Positions 35,650 through 49,918 are shown, numbered from the stretch's first letter. The stretch: 64,000 nucleotides of DNA from Octopus vulgaris (GCA_951406725.2 OX597820.1:54312001-54376000); one strand, 5' to 3'. Program-made: numbers and translations. Notes: a model not told the origin generated them from the sequence alone.

Positions 35650-36234
35650 AGCATCGCTTGACAACCGATGCTGGTGTGTTTACGTCCCCGTAACTTAGCG
35701 GTCCAGCAAAAGAATAAAAAGAATAGACCGATTTGCTCGACTAAAGGCAGTGCTCCAGAATGGCCACAGTCAAATGACTGAAACAAGTAAAATAGTAAAA
35801 GAGTAAGCGTTATTAAATCAGGGTACTCAACTGTACGTCTTCAGCCTGTCCGGTATCCTTGCAAATTCTCATCCAGGTTAGATCGCAAGACTCGAGAGTA
35901 ATGTAGCGGTGCGCCGTTTTGTTGAAACAGACATTCATCATTTACAAAAGCGCATGTGTGGCAGGTACAAAAGACGTGCGTAGCAAATCTAAGCACGCTT
36001 GACCAGTAATAGTACCCTAAAAGAAAAATGGTCCTGTTTAAACTCTTGATGACACTCCATACCAGACATTGACCCAGCCGGAAAATAGACCGTTTTTAGA
36101 AAAGCCCAACAAAAACAAAAATAGCTAAATGTGACTTGTATTAATAGCGTGATGTCTGAATAAAATTAGTATTTAAGTGTTTCTACACGTTTTTTCTTTC
36201 CCTGAAGTGTATAAACACTTTTTTTTGCGGACTG
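34537..36234 (-). mobile_element. Older Tc1/mariner-superfamily element (~100-bp TIRs) with transposase relic
   Basis: Left TIR (split by the mariner) matches the reverse complement of 36130-36234; minus-strand DFHLWGTL.D.V...LR.EI...C..I. Confidence 0.68.
34594..35157 (+). mobile_element. Internally deleted mariner element
   Basis: ~30-bp TIRs ttgggttgtccggaaggttcgtgccgattt, TA TSD, HPPYSPDIAPLDFHLFRSL motif. Confidence 0.92.
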
Positions 36235-37685
36235 TGTGTGTGTGGGGGGGGGGAGAGATAGACAGTTCAGTAGAGATAGGCTGACAGACAGACAGACAGG
36301 AAGATGATACGAAAGACCCGAAAGAAAATGGAATTAAAAGCTGTTGTTGCTGCTACTGCCGCTTAGTTTAACCCTTGATCAATTCTGACTAAGCGGAGCT
36401 GTCATCATAAGTATTCCAATCGTAGCCATTTGTCTTTTATGAGGCATGAAGAAACCTCGAGCTACACAATCCAATGTGTCCTTCCATTTTTCTGAGGCAG
36501 CAGTGTGCTATTAGAGGAAGATTTCGCTGTTGTTTATAGCAGAGCGAACGACCACATACAGGCTTTTGTGAACTAGTACTTTAAAAAATGTGTTCCATCT
36601 GTGACCATCCTAATGATTATTGTGGGGTGGTGTATCTAGGCTAACATTATCTAATGTGTTTAAGATGGTAGGATGTGATTTAAGGGAGATCCGGTCGCTG
36701 CTTCAATGTCAAGCGAGAGTATAGATGTATAGAGACCCTGTTATAGAAAACACCGGTAATGACAGTATGTGTTATCTGGTAAAATGAAAGTGAAGGCGTA
36801 TGGCTTTGTGGTTTGGATGTTGTAGATGTTTCTCTCACGATCGTGGGTTCGATTCCCAGACTAGGCAGTACATAATACTCTTGAACCAAACACTTTATTT
36901 CGAGTCACTCCAGTCCACCCAGTTGTAAACGAGTGACCCTGCAACAGACTGTCATCCTGTTCAGAAAGAATGGTTTGATCTCGATCACTTATACGCCAGG
37001 GAAACCGAGTCACTGACCCTAGGACTCGAGGCAGTAGTGTCCAGGGGAATTACTTGACTTTTTAGGAAAATTAATATACAAGTTACATTACTGTATATTG
37101 TTGGATCTCAATCTCTTTGCAATCAGCTTGGATTTTGGGATTCATGTCCCCTACGTCCCTTAACAAAACTTATTAAAACTATAACGGCTGTTAGTTTTGA
37201 GTTTTGTTTAAATTAATTGTGGCTGGTTCACCTTGATGAATAATGTAAGTCATCATTATGAGTGCAATTTCCTTTCATTGCCAATATTATTATTTTCATC
37301 ACTACACTAAGTATGCTTACCCGCCCCTCCTCCACTTTAGTAAACTATTTAGCATCTGTTGCAACCAAACATATATGAGTATTTCAAATTAACACTGGTC
37401 CAATCAATAAATTACTGATACGTTAATAGTGTCTTGTATTTTGAATTATTGCTATACTGTATTTGCAGAATACATCTATAGATTTAGAATGCTCTATATT
37501 ATATATACAAAGTGATTAATCCATTTTTTTTTTAATCACATGGCAGTAGTGAGTTTCTACGCAGATTCTTTGCTAATAGTTGAAGAGGGTACTCAGTTGT
37601 CAAGGATTGAAACTAGTTCCTCTTTCTATTCGTCAAGATATTGTTTAGAAAGACATGATGTTTACATGTTGCTTCATACAGCGTA

Positions 37686-37744
<59 letters not shown>

Positions 37745-38619
37745 TATATATATATATATGTTTGAAGTACATCGAAAATTAAACAGAACATTTTAGGGTG
37801 AAATGATAAAACATAAAATTGTGATAATCTTAGGTTAAAATAGCACAATATATACGTAAATAGAAAGAATAGTTGCTTAATGTTGTCGAAACTGCCGATT
37901 ATTTTCCTTCCTCTGGTGTAGTTCAAATCAAAACGAGTTGATTTTGAATTCTCGTAAATCAAATTTTCAGAATAATTTTTCTTAATTCTGTCACATACCC
38001 TAAGTATATTTATTTATATACTTATTTCAGACAAGTTTAAAAATTAGCAGTTTAACTAGGTAATTCTATTGGAAATCCCTACTAAATAGTTGCAGACAAA
38101 TCTTCTTACTTACCACTTCTACCGAAAATTCCTTGCACATTGAATTCATGCAAGAGAAGTTCTAAACTTTCTTTTCCACTTCAGTAATCTCTTCGGATGG
38201 TTAATGGGTTGGATGTGATACTGAAGAAGGAACAAGAAGTCCTGAAATATTCATATACACCAATTACCTATTTTTCTATCAGCAATCACTGTGTTTGCAT
38301 AGACGTATTCGTAACTTCCAGTGCTGATTCTTGTTTCTATAGAAAATCTCTAAAGATCACATTAAAAAATGATTGAATAGCACTGCTAACACAGGTATGA
38401 CACAGTAGTGAGTTTATACGCAGATTCTTTACTGATAGTTAAAGAGGGTACTCAGTTGTCAATGAAATCCCAACGCAGGATTGAAACTAGTTCGTCAAGA
38501 TATTATATAGAAAGACATGGTGTTTACATGTTGCTTCAACGTGTCTAATATACTTTGTAGTATGTCATGGTTGCATAACGAAATTCGGTGTCCCTACCAG
38601 CAATTAACACTTATAATTA

Positions 38620-39200
38620 TCAAGTACGCAAATCTTTCCCATTGTTCCAACGTATCATGGTAGCTGGCCTTGACAAAATTCCCTTCCATTGTCCTTAAAC
38701 AGTTTTGTTCCAAAACTACTTACCCTTCTTTCTAGAGGTATGCTGCAGTGTGTTCCACTCCAATAAGAACAACCTTTATAAAGCCAAATGATACCAATCT
38801 ATCGCTCTCACATTCAACAACTCGAAGATAATGGAAACAGTTGTAAATTATCATAATTTTGACCACATTTCATTTCTTAGGTACCACCATTATGCTTTTC
38901 TGCAGAGCCAGATATACTGGAGTGTTTCTTCTTTATCGATCTCCCATGATCCTTTGCCACTGAGAATTCCGGCAAAAACAATGATGTTGTACCTAACACC
39001 TATAAAGCATTCGATTGTGCTTAGCATGGGAATCATCTCAGTTGCTCATCTTTGGGGTCTCTTTGCCTCTTATATAACTTTTATGTCAAGCCACACCATT
39101 CAGCGTGCACTGGCGTTGTTCTCTTTAAATCAGTCTATCAACACTTTCGGATTCCTATTTTCTTGCTCACACTACTACCTCTATGCGTTAAAGACGTACC
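38620..39200 (+). mobile_element. Degenerate LINE RT fragment
   Basis: Remnants of GPD-IP..VLK, Y.PIAL, SKIMETVVN motifs with many disruptions. Confidence 0.5.
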
Positions 39201-39967
39201 TGCTGTCCATTAAATGCCCATTTGAGACTAAACGACAACAACAACAACATAAAATCTCTTGTTACCAATCTTTGAGGAAAGTCCTGCTGCCGGAACTTAA
39301 TCTATCTTTTACGAAGCAGAGCGACTCCTTGAATGATAATGGGTGTTTTTCAGCCTCTTCGCGGTGTTATTTGTTCTCAGCGTTAATAACTAAGACCATT
39401 AATTACAGATTATTATTTGCTGCCAACTCAGGTGAGCTGTAAACCTAATTATATTGTACATATTTTCACAGTTTTATAAAGTGAATATCACTGATGGTAG
39501 GCTTTTCCTTGTTATGGATAACCGAGGGTTAAATACCAACAACTGCAACAACAACAAAAACAGGAAGAATCCATTTGCAAATTATCAGAATGCTAAATGA
39601 AAAATATGTGTCGTGACATAAAAACAACTATTATCCATTAACTTATATTACTGTCAATCAGTCTTATCATATCTCTGCATTGATGTCACCGTGCTTACCG
39701 AAGCAGGAATAAGAAAATCACAAAGTAAATATAGAAAGAAAGGATGCCTCTGACATACTCTTTTACTTGTTTCAGTCATTTGACAGCGGCCATGCTGGAA
39801 CACCGCCTTTAGTCGAGCAAATCGACCCCACGGCTTATTCTTTGTAAGCCTAGTACTTATTCCATCGGTCTCTTTTGCCGAGCCGCTAAGTTACAGGGAC
39901 GTAAACACACTAGCATCGGTTGTCAAGCAATGTTGGGGAGGAGACAAACACAGACACCCAAACATAT

Positions 39968-39998
<31 letters not shown>

Positions 39999-41416
39999 CA
40001 TATATACGACGGGCTTCTTTCAGTTTCCGTCTACCAAATCGACTCACAAGGCTTTGGTCGGCCCGAGGCTATAGTAGAAGACACTTGCCCAAGGTGCCAC
40101 GCAGTGGGACTGAACCCGGAACCATGTGGTTGGTAAGCAAGCTACTTACTACACAGCCACTCCTATGAATATAAAATAAAGACAACAATGAGATAAGACC
40201 TTGTGTTCTTTCTCTAACAACAATGCCAGCTTTGGATACCGAAGAAATATATAGGACAGAGAAAATATTATTCAGATTGAGATTTGAAAAGGCTAAGTTT
40301 TAAAAATGCTGTGATGTAAAAAACAGTGTGGCTATCTTTGTTTATCACTAATTCCACCATGACTGCTCTGTAATACCATGATACGCGTATTGTAAATCGT
40401 GTTACGCTTATCAGGAATCGATCTGTGATAACATGGGTCGGGGATCAGTCAAAGATTTTGATTTTACGACAAAAGTGCGCCCCAGTGACCAGCTACAATG
40501 CTCAAGACATCTGGGATCTCGCAAAGAAACATATTTTTCCCATATGTTCTGTTAATTATTCATTTATCGCTGATTCATTTAACACGGTGCATTTTTTTTA
40601 TTCATGATAAACAAACATAGATGTATTAGTCACTGACTTGTGTTATTTCAGTTTTTCACTAAGGGACATAACTCTTCGCATATTTCAGTTTTATTAGATC
40701 TTCTCGGTACAGCGTAGATTCCACTCTACTTTCAGAAATAGTGATGAGATAATAACTAAGTAAACATACAATAATGTATATTTGTAGGCATATATCAATA
40801 GAAATATCCAAACGAGAAATTACTCTTGGACTTCATCCGGAAGGCAAAACAATAGTTAAGTTAGTATTAACATATTTAATACAGGAAACATCAAAACGCT
40901 AATACAGACAAAGAGATGTCCAATGAATACGGATCACTGATAATAATGAGATGAGAACTACAGATATTTCGATGAAGAAGACGATATTCTAATGATAATA
41001 TCAGATTTGGATCTCGAAGACAACATAAGACAGGGGAAATAGCTTGTCGCAGATTTGATAGTCGCAGTTAAAAGTTAACCAAATAAATCAATTTAAGCGA
41101 ACAGAAGGTGCATTGACTCAGATAATCATGTACTCAGGATCGATACAATCAACTACAATCTGTTACCAGTAACGGTACATGTGACATCAACTAATTTATT
41201 AGTCGACTAACATAGCTAGCTGGGTGAGACGCTTAACTCCTTACACATGCTATGCAAACTTCCTCTACTTCCATTTAAAGATACATCCTTTTTATAAGAT
41301 CGAACTTCAAAAAAAAATATATGCTTTACAGATGAATTAATTAGTACCAATGCTAAGATTTTGATACAAACTAATCCCAAGACACAGTCTTCGTTGATAT
41401 AGCAATAATAATGATG

Positions 41417-41497
<81 letters not shown>

Positions 41498-42912
41498 GGA
41501 GAATAAACATAATAAAAGGGGAATCTTCCAAGGTGACTCGTTTTCTCCGTTACTTTTTGTAATTACACTAATACCCATAACAATGACACTTAGGAAAGTT
41601 AAGATGGGTTACCGATGTGGGAAGAAAGGCCCATCATAGAACCATCTTCTGTTTATGGATGACCTGAAATTGTTTTAGAATTCTGAAAAACAGATAGATT
41701 CCTTAACCAAAAGAGTCCAGAAGTGTGGCAGGGACATCGGTATAGAATTTAGGATTACCAAATGCTCAGTACTTAATATGAAAAGAGGGAAGAAAGCAGC
41801 TTGCTGAGAATTGCTGTTACCATCAGGAGAGACCATGGGTGAACCCGACGGTAGTGGGTATAGATATTTAGGGATTTTGGAGCTGGATGACATTCTCCGC
41901 AGAGAAATCACAGTCAAGATCAGCGAGGCGTATCAAAAAAGGGTGAAGATGGTGTTGAAATCCGACCTGAATGCCAAAAATTTGATTACCGTAATGAATA
42001 TCTGGGCAGTTGCAGTGGTCAGATATAGTGCGTCCATCCTCAAATGGACTTAGGAGGAAATATTAATATTGGTTAGAAGGAAGAGAAAGTTGATGATGCT
42101 GCAAGGGGCGCTACACTGTAAAGCAAACGTAAACAGACTGTATATGAAAAGAAAGAATTGTGGCAGAGTACTACTTAGTATAAACCATTGTATAAGGAAT
42201 GAAAGGAGAACGCTTGCCGAGTATTTGATAAATAGTGATGAAGATCTGCTGCAATATACTGCGAAAGATATGGGTGCAAATGCAGATGAAATGATGGGCA
42301 AGAGAGAGTTTAACCAAAGAGCTGAGGAGAAGAGAAAAGAAGACCTTCTTGAAATGAGAATGCATGGACAGTTTGAAAGGAATACACAGGACATTAAGGA
42401 TAATACAGCATAGCTTGGGCGAGATGATTTGGAGCGTACCACCGAAAACCTGATCATTACTGCACAAGACTAGGCTCTCGATACCAATTCAGTGAAGTAT
42501 AACATCTATAAAACTTCTGACACCCAGAAATGCACAAAAAGAATACAAGCGCCGCCACGATAAAGTATGTGTATATCTTCATTGGCTCTTATGCCGTAAA
42601 TGCCAATATGAAATAACAGAAAACTGGTATGAGCATGTTCCAAGTAAAGTTATGCTGGAGGATGGGAAACTAACGATACTCTGGGACTATGATTTTCAGA
42701 CGAATCGTGTAATCGAACACCGTCGCCGGATGTTGTCATATTGAATAAGACAGACAAATACTGTCAGATCATCGATGTAGTCATACCAAATGACATGAAT
42801 GTTGTGAGTAAAGAGGTTGAAAAAAAAACACCAAGTACTCCGAATTGAAAGTGGAAATGGCAAGATTGTACGGAATGCGAGAGGGCAATATAAAAGTTAT
42901 ACCAGTGGTGAT
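41498..42912 (+). mobile_element. R4/Dong non-LTR retrotransposon, 5'-truncated pseudo-ORF (RT to RLE)
   Basis: GIFQGDSFSPLLF, HLLFMDDLKL, YRYLGILE, RLY.KRK.CGR, RRHDKV, ILWD; starts right after a long (TAA)n. Confidence 0.88.
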
Positions 42913-42936
42913 AATAATAATAACAATAATAATAAA

Positions 42937-43490
42937 TGCCCTGATGTAGTACCAGGCAGTGGCTTTCATTGTTTCTCATCTTAACTGATTGGAAGTGTTA
43001 TCATGTACATTGTTTTGACTTGGTATAAAAGATGGACTACAGCAAATATGTTGCTCAATACCACAGATTTGCTTGTCAGTTGTTTGACCTTAACCAATTG
43101 AGCATGTCCCTTAGTGGCTGACGATATGTGCATCTCTGATCACGAGCAGAAGTAGTGGGGGAGCATCATAGCCATGTGTTGAGAGGAATTCTTAGGAGTT
43201 TGGATAATTCACCTCTGCAAACATGGGTGTTTCTTTCAACATTTTTAAACAACCCTTACTCAGGGACCTTTTGAACGGGATGGGCTACTCAACCTGAAGA
43301 AAATTTTAACTGGGCCCCACCTGCAAGGTCATGTGCTGTTTATCTTGATATGAGATCACCATGTCGCGCACATATGGTCGTATTGCATGTGCTTGGTGTA
43401 CCCTTATCAGACTTGTTCTCGCGATTGGTATACTGGGCTTCGTATATTTTGCCCCAGTGTCACTTTGATGGCATGCACTGCTCTCTCAAT
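42937..43490 (+). mobile_element. ~550-bp non-coding repeat flanked by (TAA)n
   Basis: Homologous to 2420-2845(-). Confidence 0.72.
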
Positions 43491-43711
43491 AATGATAATA
43501 CTCCTTTCTACTATAGGCACAAGATCTGTAATTTAGGGGAGGAGTCCAGTCGAATAGATCTACCCAGTACGCAACAGGTACTTAATTTATTGATCTCGAA
43601 AGGATGAAAGACAAAGTCGACCTCGGCGGAATTTGAACTCAGAACGTAAAGACAGACGAGATACCGCGAAGCATCTCGCCCAGAAGGAATATAAGAGACG
43701 CCACGATAATA

Positions 43712-44165
43712 TAGCAAGGCTTGTCCATTTGACTTGACAGAGCAAAATTTGGTATGACCACAAACCCGAAGGCATCATTGAAAATGATAAAGCAAATATC
43801 CTGTGAAATTTTATAATTCAGTGCGACCATGAGATAGAGAATACGAAGCCAGACATAGTCTTTATTGAGAAAGAAAGTAAAATATGCTAGATCTTAGATT
43901 TAGCATGCCCAGCTGACAATAGGAAGAAGGAAAAGTCGATAGATATCACAGGTTAACTTAGGAGGTTAAGCAGTTGTGGTCGATGAAAAGGTGGTAGTAG
44001 TATCAATAATTGTCGGAACCCTGGGAACAGTGAGTAAAAATCTTGAGAAGTACACGGAACAAATAGGGGCTGCAATACTCCGGAAGGTGCTCGAAAATTA
44101 AGAGGTGTTACCTTAGTTCAGCTGACACCGTAGTACATCTCTAGCATTAGAAGCTGTGCAAAGGC
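43712..44165 (+). mobile_element. R4/Dong 3' fragment (RLE domain) ending in (TAA)n
   Basis: WYDHKPE, KPDIV..E.....ILD.A.P, IIVG.LG. Confidence 0.78.
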
Positions 44166-44228
<63 letters not shown>

Positions 44229-44753
44229 CATGGTAAATACTGGACTAAACTAAGCGCAAAAGAAATAGACAAAGAAAAATCCCAGCAATGGTTGAGAAGC
44301 TCAGGACTCAAAGCAGAGACAGAGGGATTTTTAATTGCAGCACGAGACCAAAGCCTCCCCACCAGAAATTACCAAAAACATGTAATGAAAAGAAATATAA
44401 CTAGTAACTGCAGAATATGTGGAGATGGACAAGAAACAATAAATCATATTATCTCTGGCTGCCCAGTCCTGGCTAAGAAGGAATATATTCACAGACATGA
44501 CAGAGTTGGAACCTACATACACTGGAAGCTATGCCAAAATTATGGAATAACAACAAATACATAACAAAAACACCAGGACTTACAAACACATATAACATAC
44601 AGAAAATTGCACTACTAGGTACTGCACACATCCTACGCAGAACACTTTCCATACAATAACCATCAGAGCATCACAACAAATCACAGCACATACCCAAGGC
44701 ACACAGAGCTACACTCGGTAGTGAAGTGAAAGCACACTATAAAAATAAAACTA

Positions 44754-44757
<4 letters not shown>
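44229..44757 (+). mobile_element. R4/Dong fragment with CCHC knuckle and internal deletion, between (TAA)n tracts
   Basis: ETEGFLIAARDQSL, CRICGDGQETINHIISGC, RHDRV. Confidence 0.85.
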
Positions 44758-44840
<83 letters not shown>

Positions 44841-45151
44841 CACAACAACAACAACAATAATTATTATTTGTTCAAAAATAATCCCAAAAATGTTTACAGG
44901 AAGATAGGGAAAATACCAGTTACAGTAAAGTTTGTCCCGTCAAAAGAGGTGCAGGAATTTGGGAATAAAATTTAAGCAGAAGAAAATATGCACACTAAAA
45001 TGGCTCCTTGGAGTGATAGAATATTTACTGATTTAGACTCCTGAGAAGAGAAGTGGGAGGGCATCAAGGTTGAGGATGTAAGATCTGCTCTCAACAACCC
45101 ACGCAGGTAAAGAGAGAAAAAAAACAACGAATCCCCCCGGCTTTGATTAAC

Positions 45152-45234
<83 letters not shown>

Positions 45235-45240
45235 AGGATA

Positions 45241-45627
45241 CTATATAAGATAAATTTTAATTTTCTGAGAGATATTACATGTTTTGGTCCTTCTTGAAAA
45301 AGCGAACCTTATCAAAAATATATACATTTTAAAAGTTAAGTGTAATAAAAGAAAAGTTCATAATTATTTCTTACTAGTCTTAACAGAGTCGATGTGGTGA
45401 GGTTTTGTGTGTGGGAACATAATGGCTGTCTTGTACGTTGATTAGAATCGTTGGGTGTAATAGCGAAAGTGACCGCTAGGTGTAATAGCAGTAGTAGTAG
45501 AGACCGCTGGTCGTAGTAGTAGTAGCGCTTAACTTTTAAAATATATATATTTTTGATAAGGTTCGTTTTTTCAAGAAGAACCAAAACATGTAAAATCTCT
45601 CAGAAAATTAAAATTTATCTTATATAG
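45241..45627. mobile_element. Foldback/MITE-like element with ~100-bp inverted arms between (TA)n tracts
   Basis: ctatataagataaattttaattttctgagaga... mirrored at ~45525-45627. Confidence 0.72.
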
Positions 45628-45681
45628 TGGCGTTTTCAAACTTCTTTTTTATAAATATATACCCACTTGTATGCCACCTAC

Positions 45682-45794
<113 letters not shown>

Positions 45795-46072
45795 TCTCAT
45801 AGTGGATTCTCTCATAGTGGATTATCTCTCATAGTTGCGTATTAATAATATTTACTGAATCTCAGTCTTTTATACGCTAGGCCACTGGTGTTTAAATTGA
45901 TGTTATTAAATTAATATCCAATTTTTTTCGCCCTCATTTTGACTTTATATATATATATACGTACACAGAGAGAAAGAGAGAGAGAATGAAACAGACAGAC
46001 AAAGAGGGTCAGAGAGGGAGATGGATAGGGAGGAGGTACAGATACACACTCCCGTGCATATATGTAATTTAT

Positions 46073-46106
<34 letters not shown>

Positions 46107-46227
46107 CAATATATATTTATAGTAATATACATATATGTATGTACATACACATATATATTTATGTACATGCATATAGAGTATACATATGTATATATGTATA
46201 TATTCATTATAAGTACACACACACACA

Positions 46228-46293
<66 letters not shown>

Positions 46294-46940
46294 TACACAA
46301 ATTCGCCGGCCACTTCATTGCCGCAGGAATTTTAAGACTGAATGTTGGTTGTGTTGGTTGGTGGTTATTACATAATTGATAAGGCAGTGGTCGAGCGTTA
46401 TTTCACTGGCAGATAAAACGGAGTCTGTTTGGAGAACTCGGGTTAGTATAACAAATACACCCTTTATCAAAGAAAAACACGCAAGATGCTCAGCTGGATT
46501 TTACATATGCTGTGTTGATGGTGAGAGAAAAAGTTATTATTACTGTCACTACCACCACCACCACCATTTCCATTTCCTCTTCTAAATCTTGTGCATTTTT
46601 TTTTAATACGGGCATACCCCAACTTACGTCGGTAACTGGTTCCCAGACATGCGACCTAGCATTTTTAACAACTTGGGCAAGTGTCTTCTACTATAGCCTC
46701 GGGCCGAACAAAGCCTTGTGACTGGATTTGGTAGATGGAAACTGAAAGAAGTCCGTCGTATATGATAGATCGTTAGCTCCTGCACGCATTTTTTTCTCTG
46801 CTTATTTTTTTTCTGTGTATCTTTCTGTCGAAGAGCGTAAAAGACTTTTTCTATTTCTATTCCTGAGCGCTATACTAATACATTTGTTTGTTTGTACTCC
46901 ACCTGTCTTCGTCTTTTGTTTATTTTCGTAAACTGTCACG

Positions 46941-47010
<70 letters not shown>

Positions 47011-47328
47011 GTATGTTTGTCCCGCCAAGATCGATAGAATAAGTACTAGGCTTACAACGAATAAGTCCTGGGGTCGATTTGCTCGATTAAAGGCGGTGCT
47101 CCAGCATGGGTGCAGTCAAATGATTGAAACAAGTAAAATAGTATTATATATATATATATATAATAGTTATCGCCATACTAATATGGCATTCTTATAAAAA
47201 TAAGAATAAAGCTGTCCGCTTATTAGCTCCATGAGGCCATCGCCTTAAGTTAGCTATTTGATACACAAACTGTATCCATATAACCTTCGAACAAGGGAGG
47301 TCAGTCGCTCCACACTACTTGACCGGCA

Positions 47329-47370
47329 GCTGCAGACGCGTTTCGGGGTATTGCCCCTTTTCAATGCAGC
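47329..47370 (-). ncRNA. Minimal type I hammerhead ribozyme, U3:A8 core variant
   Basis: Minus strand gctgca|TTGAAAA|gggg-caata-cccc|GAAA|cgcg|TC|tgcagc; stems I and II perfect, palindromic stem III, GUC site. Confidence 0.8.
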
Positions 47371-48693
47371 GTAGCCAGACCAGTAGGTGTCGCTTCTGAC
47401 AATCTCTGTTCGAAGGTTTTATTTACCTAGCTTCGGTGGAATACATCCCTTGGGGAAGGGGACCAGTCGATTAGATTGACTCCAGTACGCAACTGGTACT
47501 TATTTAATTGACCCCGAAAGGATGAAAGGTAAAGTTGACCTCGGCGGAATTTGAACTCAGAACATAGCGCCAGACGAAATACCTATTTCTTTACTACCTA
47601 CAAGGGGTTAAATACAGAGGAGACAAACAAGGACAGACAAACGGATTAAGTCGATTATATCGACCCCAGTGCGTAACTGGTACTTAATTTATCGACCCCG
47701 AAAGGATGAAAGGCAAAGTCGACCTCGGCAGAATTTGAACTCAGAACGTAACGGCAGACACGAAACACTGCTAAGCATTTCGTCCGGCGTGCTGACGATT
47801 CTGCCAGCTAGCCGCCTTTGCCATTACTAATATTAAAACACTTTCCATTATTACGAACCAATGACGGAGACTACATGTCGCACGTCCTTCCAGAAAAGGC
47901 AGTCAAATCACCCTCCTACTACACTACACTTCACTACACCGTTTTAAAGAATCGATGGTTAAATCTGGAATTCCTTTGATCACAGGTCTGTTTAATCAAG
48001 CATGATCTGGGACTAAGCAACAGCAACAACAAAAACATTTATTGCAGTCCCGAAAACCAATGCTACAAACATAAGCACCACCACCACCACAGCCACCAAC
48101 TACAACAACAACGATAACAACAACACCAGCATCGACAACACCACTATCAAAACAACCACCATCACGAACAACAACATCAGCCGTTCAGTTGTTAAAAATA
48201 GTTCCGCTATAAATTCTATAATTAGTTCTCCAGGCTATTTCCATCCTAAAATATAAAAGTGTAGATTTTTGAGATTATTCTTTGAGAGATTTTTCCTTTC
48301 TTAATCTTTTCTACTCGTAATGAATTAAACGGAAATCAGTAAAGACATGGCTCTGCTTTTCACATATATGTAACAGACGTCCATATATGGATATTTGCTG
48401 TATTTATGCGACATAACATGTCACATAAATTGACCTTCGTACTTTGGATTACATATATGATATTTGTTATGTATACTTCACAATTGTCACATATTCTTTC
48501 ATTCTTTCATTCTTGCCTTCTTTTGCCTTCAAAGGTTTTAGTCGAACAAATCGACCCCAGGACTTATTTTTTAAACCTAGTTTCTTTTACCGAACCGCCA
48601 GGTTGCGGTTCGTAAACACACTAACACCGGTTGTCAAGTGGTGATGAGGGGACAAACATAGACACAAAGACTCACACATGTAAATATACACAT

Positions 48694-48727
<34 letters not shown>

Positions 48728-48883
48728 CAAATGTAGGATAAAACTTTTTCGAAAAAAAATTCTATCAATGGCCAGCATATTAAAAAATACCTTTAAAGGT
48801 TAAATTTATAAACAATTTATGAGTAAGGGCAAAAGAAAACATTTCTTGCCATTAGAATTTTTTTCTTTTGCCCTTACTTATAA

Positions 48884-48921
<38 letters not shown>

Positions 48922-49760
48922 CATGACGGGCTTCTTTCAATTTTCGTCTGCCAAATCCACTCACAAGGCTTTGGTCAGCCTGAGGCAATATTAGAAGACA
49001 CTTGCCCAAGGTGCCACGCAGTGGAACTGAACTTGGAACCATGTGGTTGAGGAGCAAGCTTTAACCACACAGCCGCTTCTGCGCCTATATGTGGCATTGT
49101 CTCACATACACGAACACGTGAATAGTTTTGACAACCGTTATGTATATGAGAATATTGGTACAAATACGACACACATATAGACATTTGTCAAACAAATTGA
49201 CATGTGTCACTGATTCTTTTATATTGCTACATATCAAGGGCCCAGGAACATGGGGTGCAGGGAGTGCACTTGCACCCCCTAAAATTTGTGGGGTTGCAAA
49301 ATTCAATATTGTAAACCTTACTTACCTTTCCCAGGCTAAGAAAGTAGTGTTTAAAAATTGATCTGTAAAAAGTTGCTTGATGTTAGGTTTCTTCACAAAA
49401 TAAGAACAAAGAACTAAAATAAATAAAATAGGAAGAGGACTCCGTCAGTTACGACGACGAGGGTCCCAGCTGATACGATCAATGGAACAGCTTGCTCGTG
49501 AAATTAACGTGCAAGTAGCTGAGCACTCCACAGACACATATACCCTTTACGTAGTTCTCAGGGAGATTCAGCGTGACGCAGAGTGTGACAAGGCTGATCC
49601 CTTTGAAACACAGGTACAACTCACTTTTGCCAGCTGAGGGGACTGGAGCAACGGGAAATAAAGTGTCTTGCTCAAGAACACAACTCGTCACCGGGAATTA
49701 AACTCACGACCTTACGATCATGAGCCGAATGCCCTAACCACTATGCGACGCGCCTTCACG

Positions 49761-49918
<158 letters not shown>

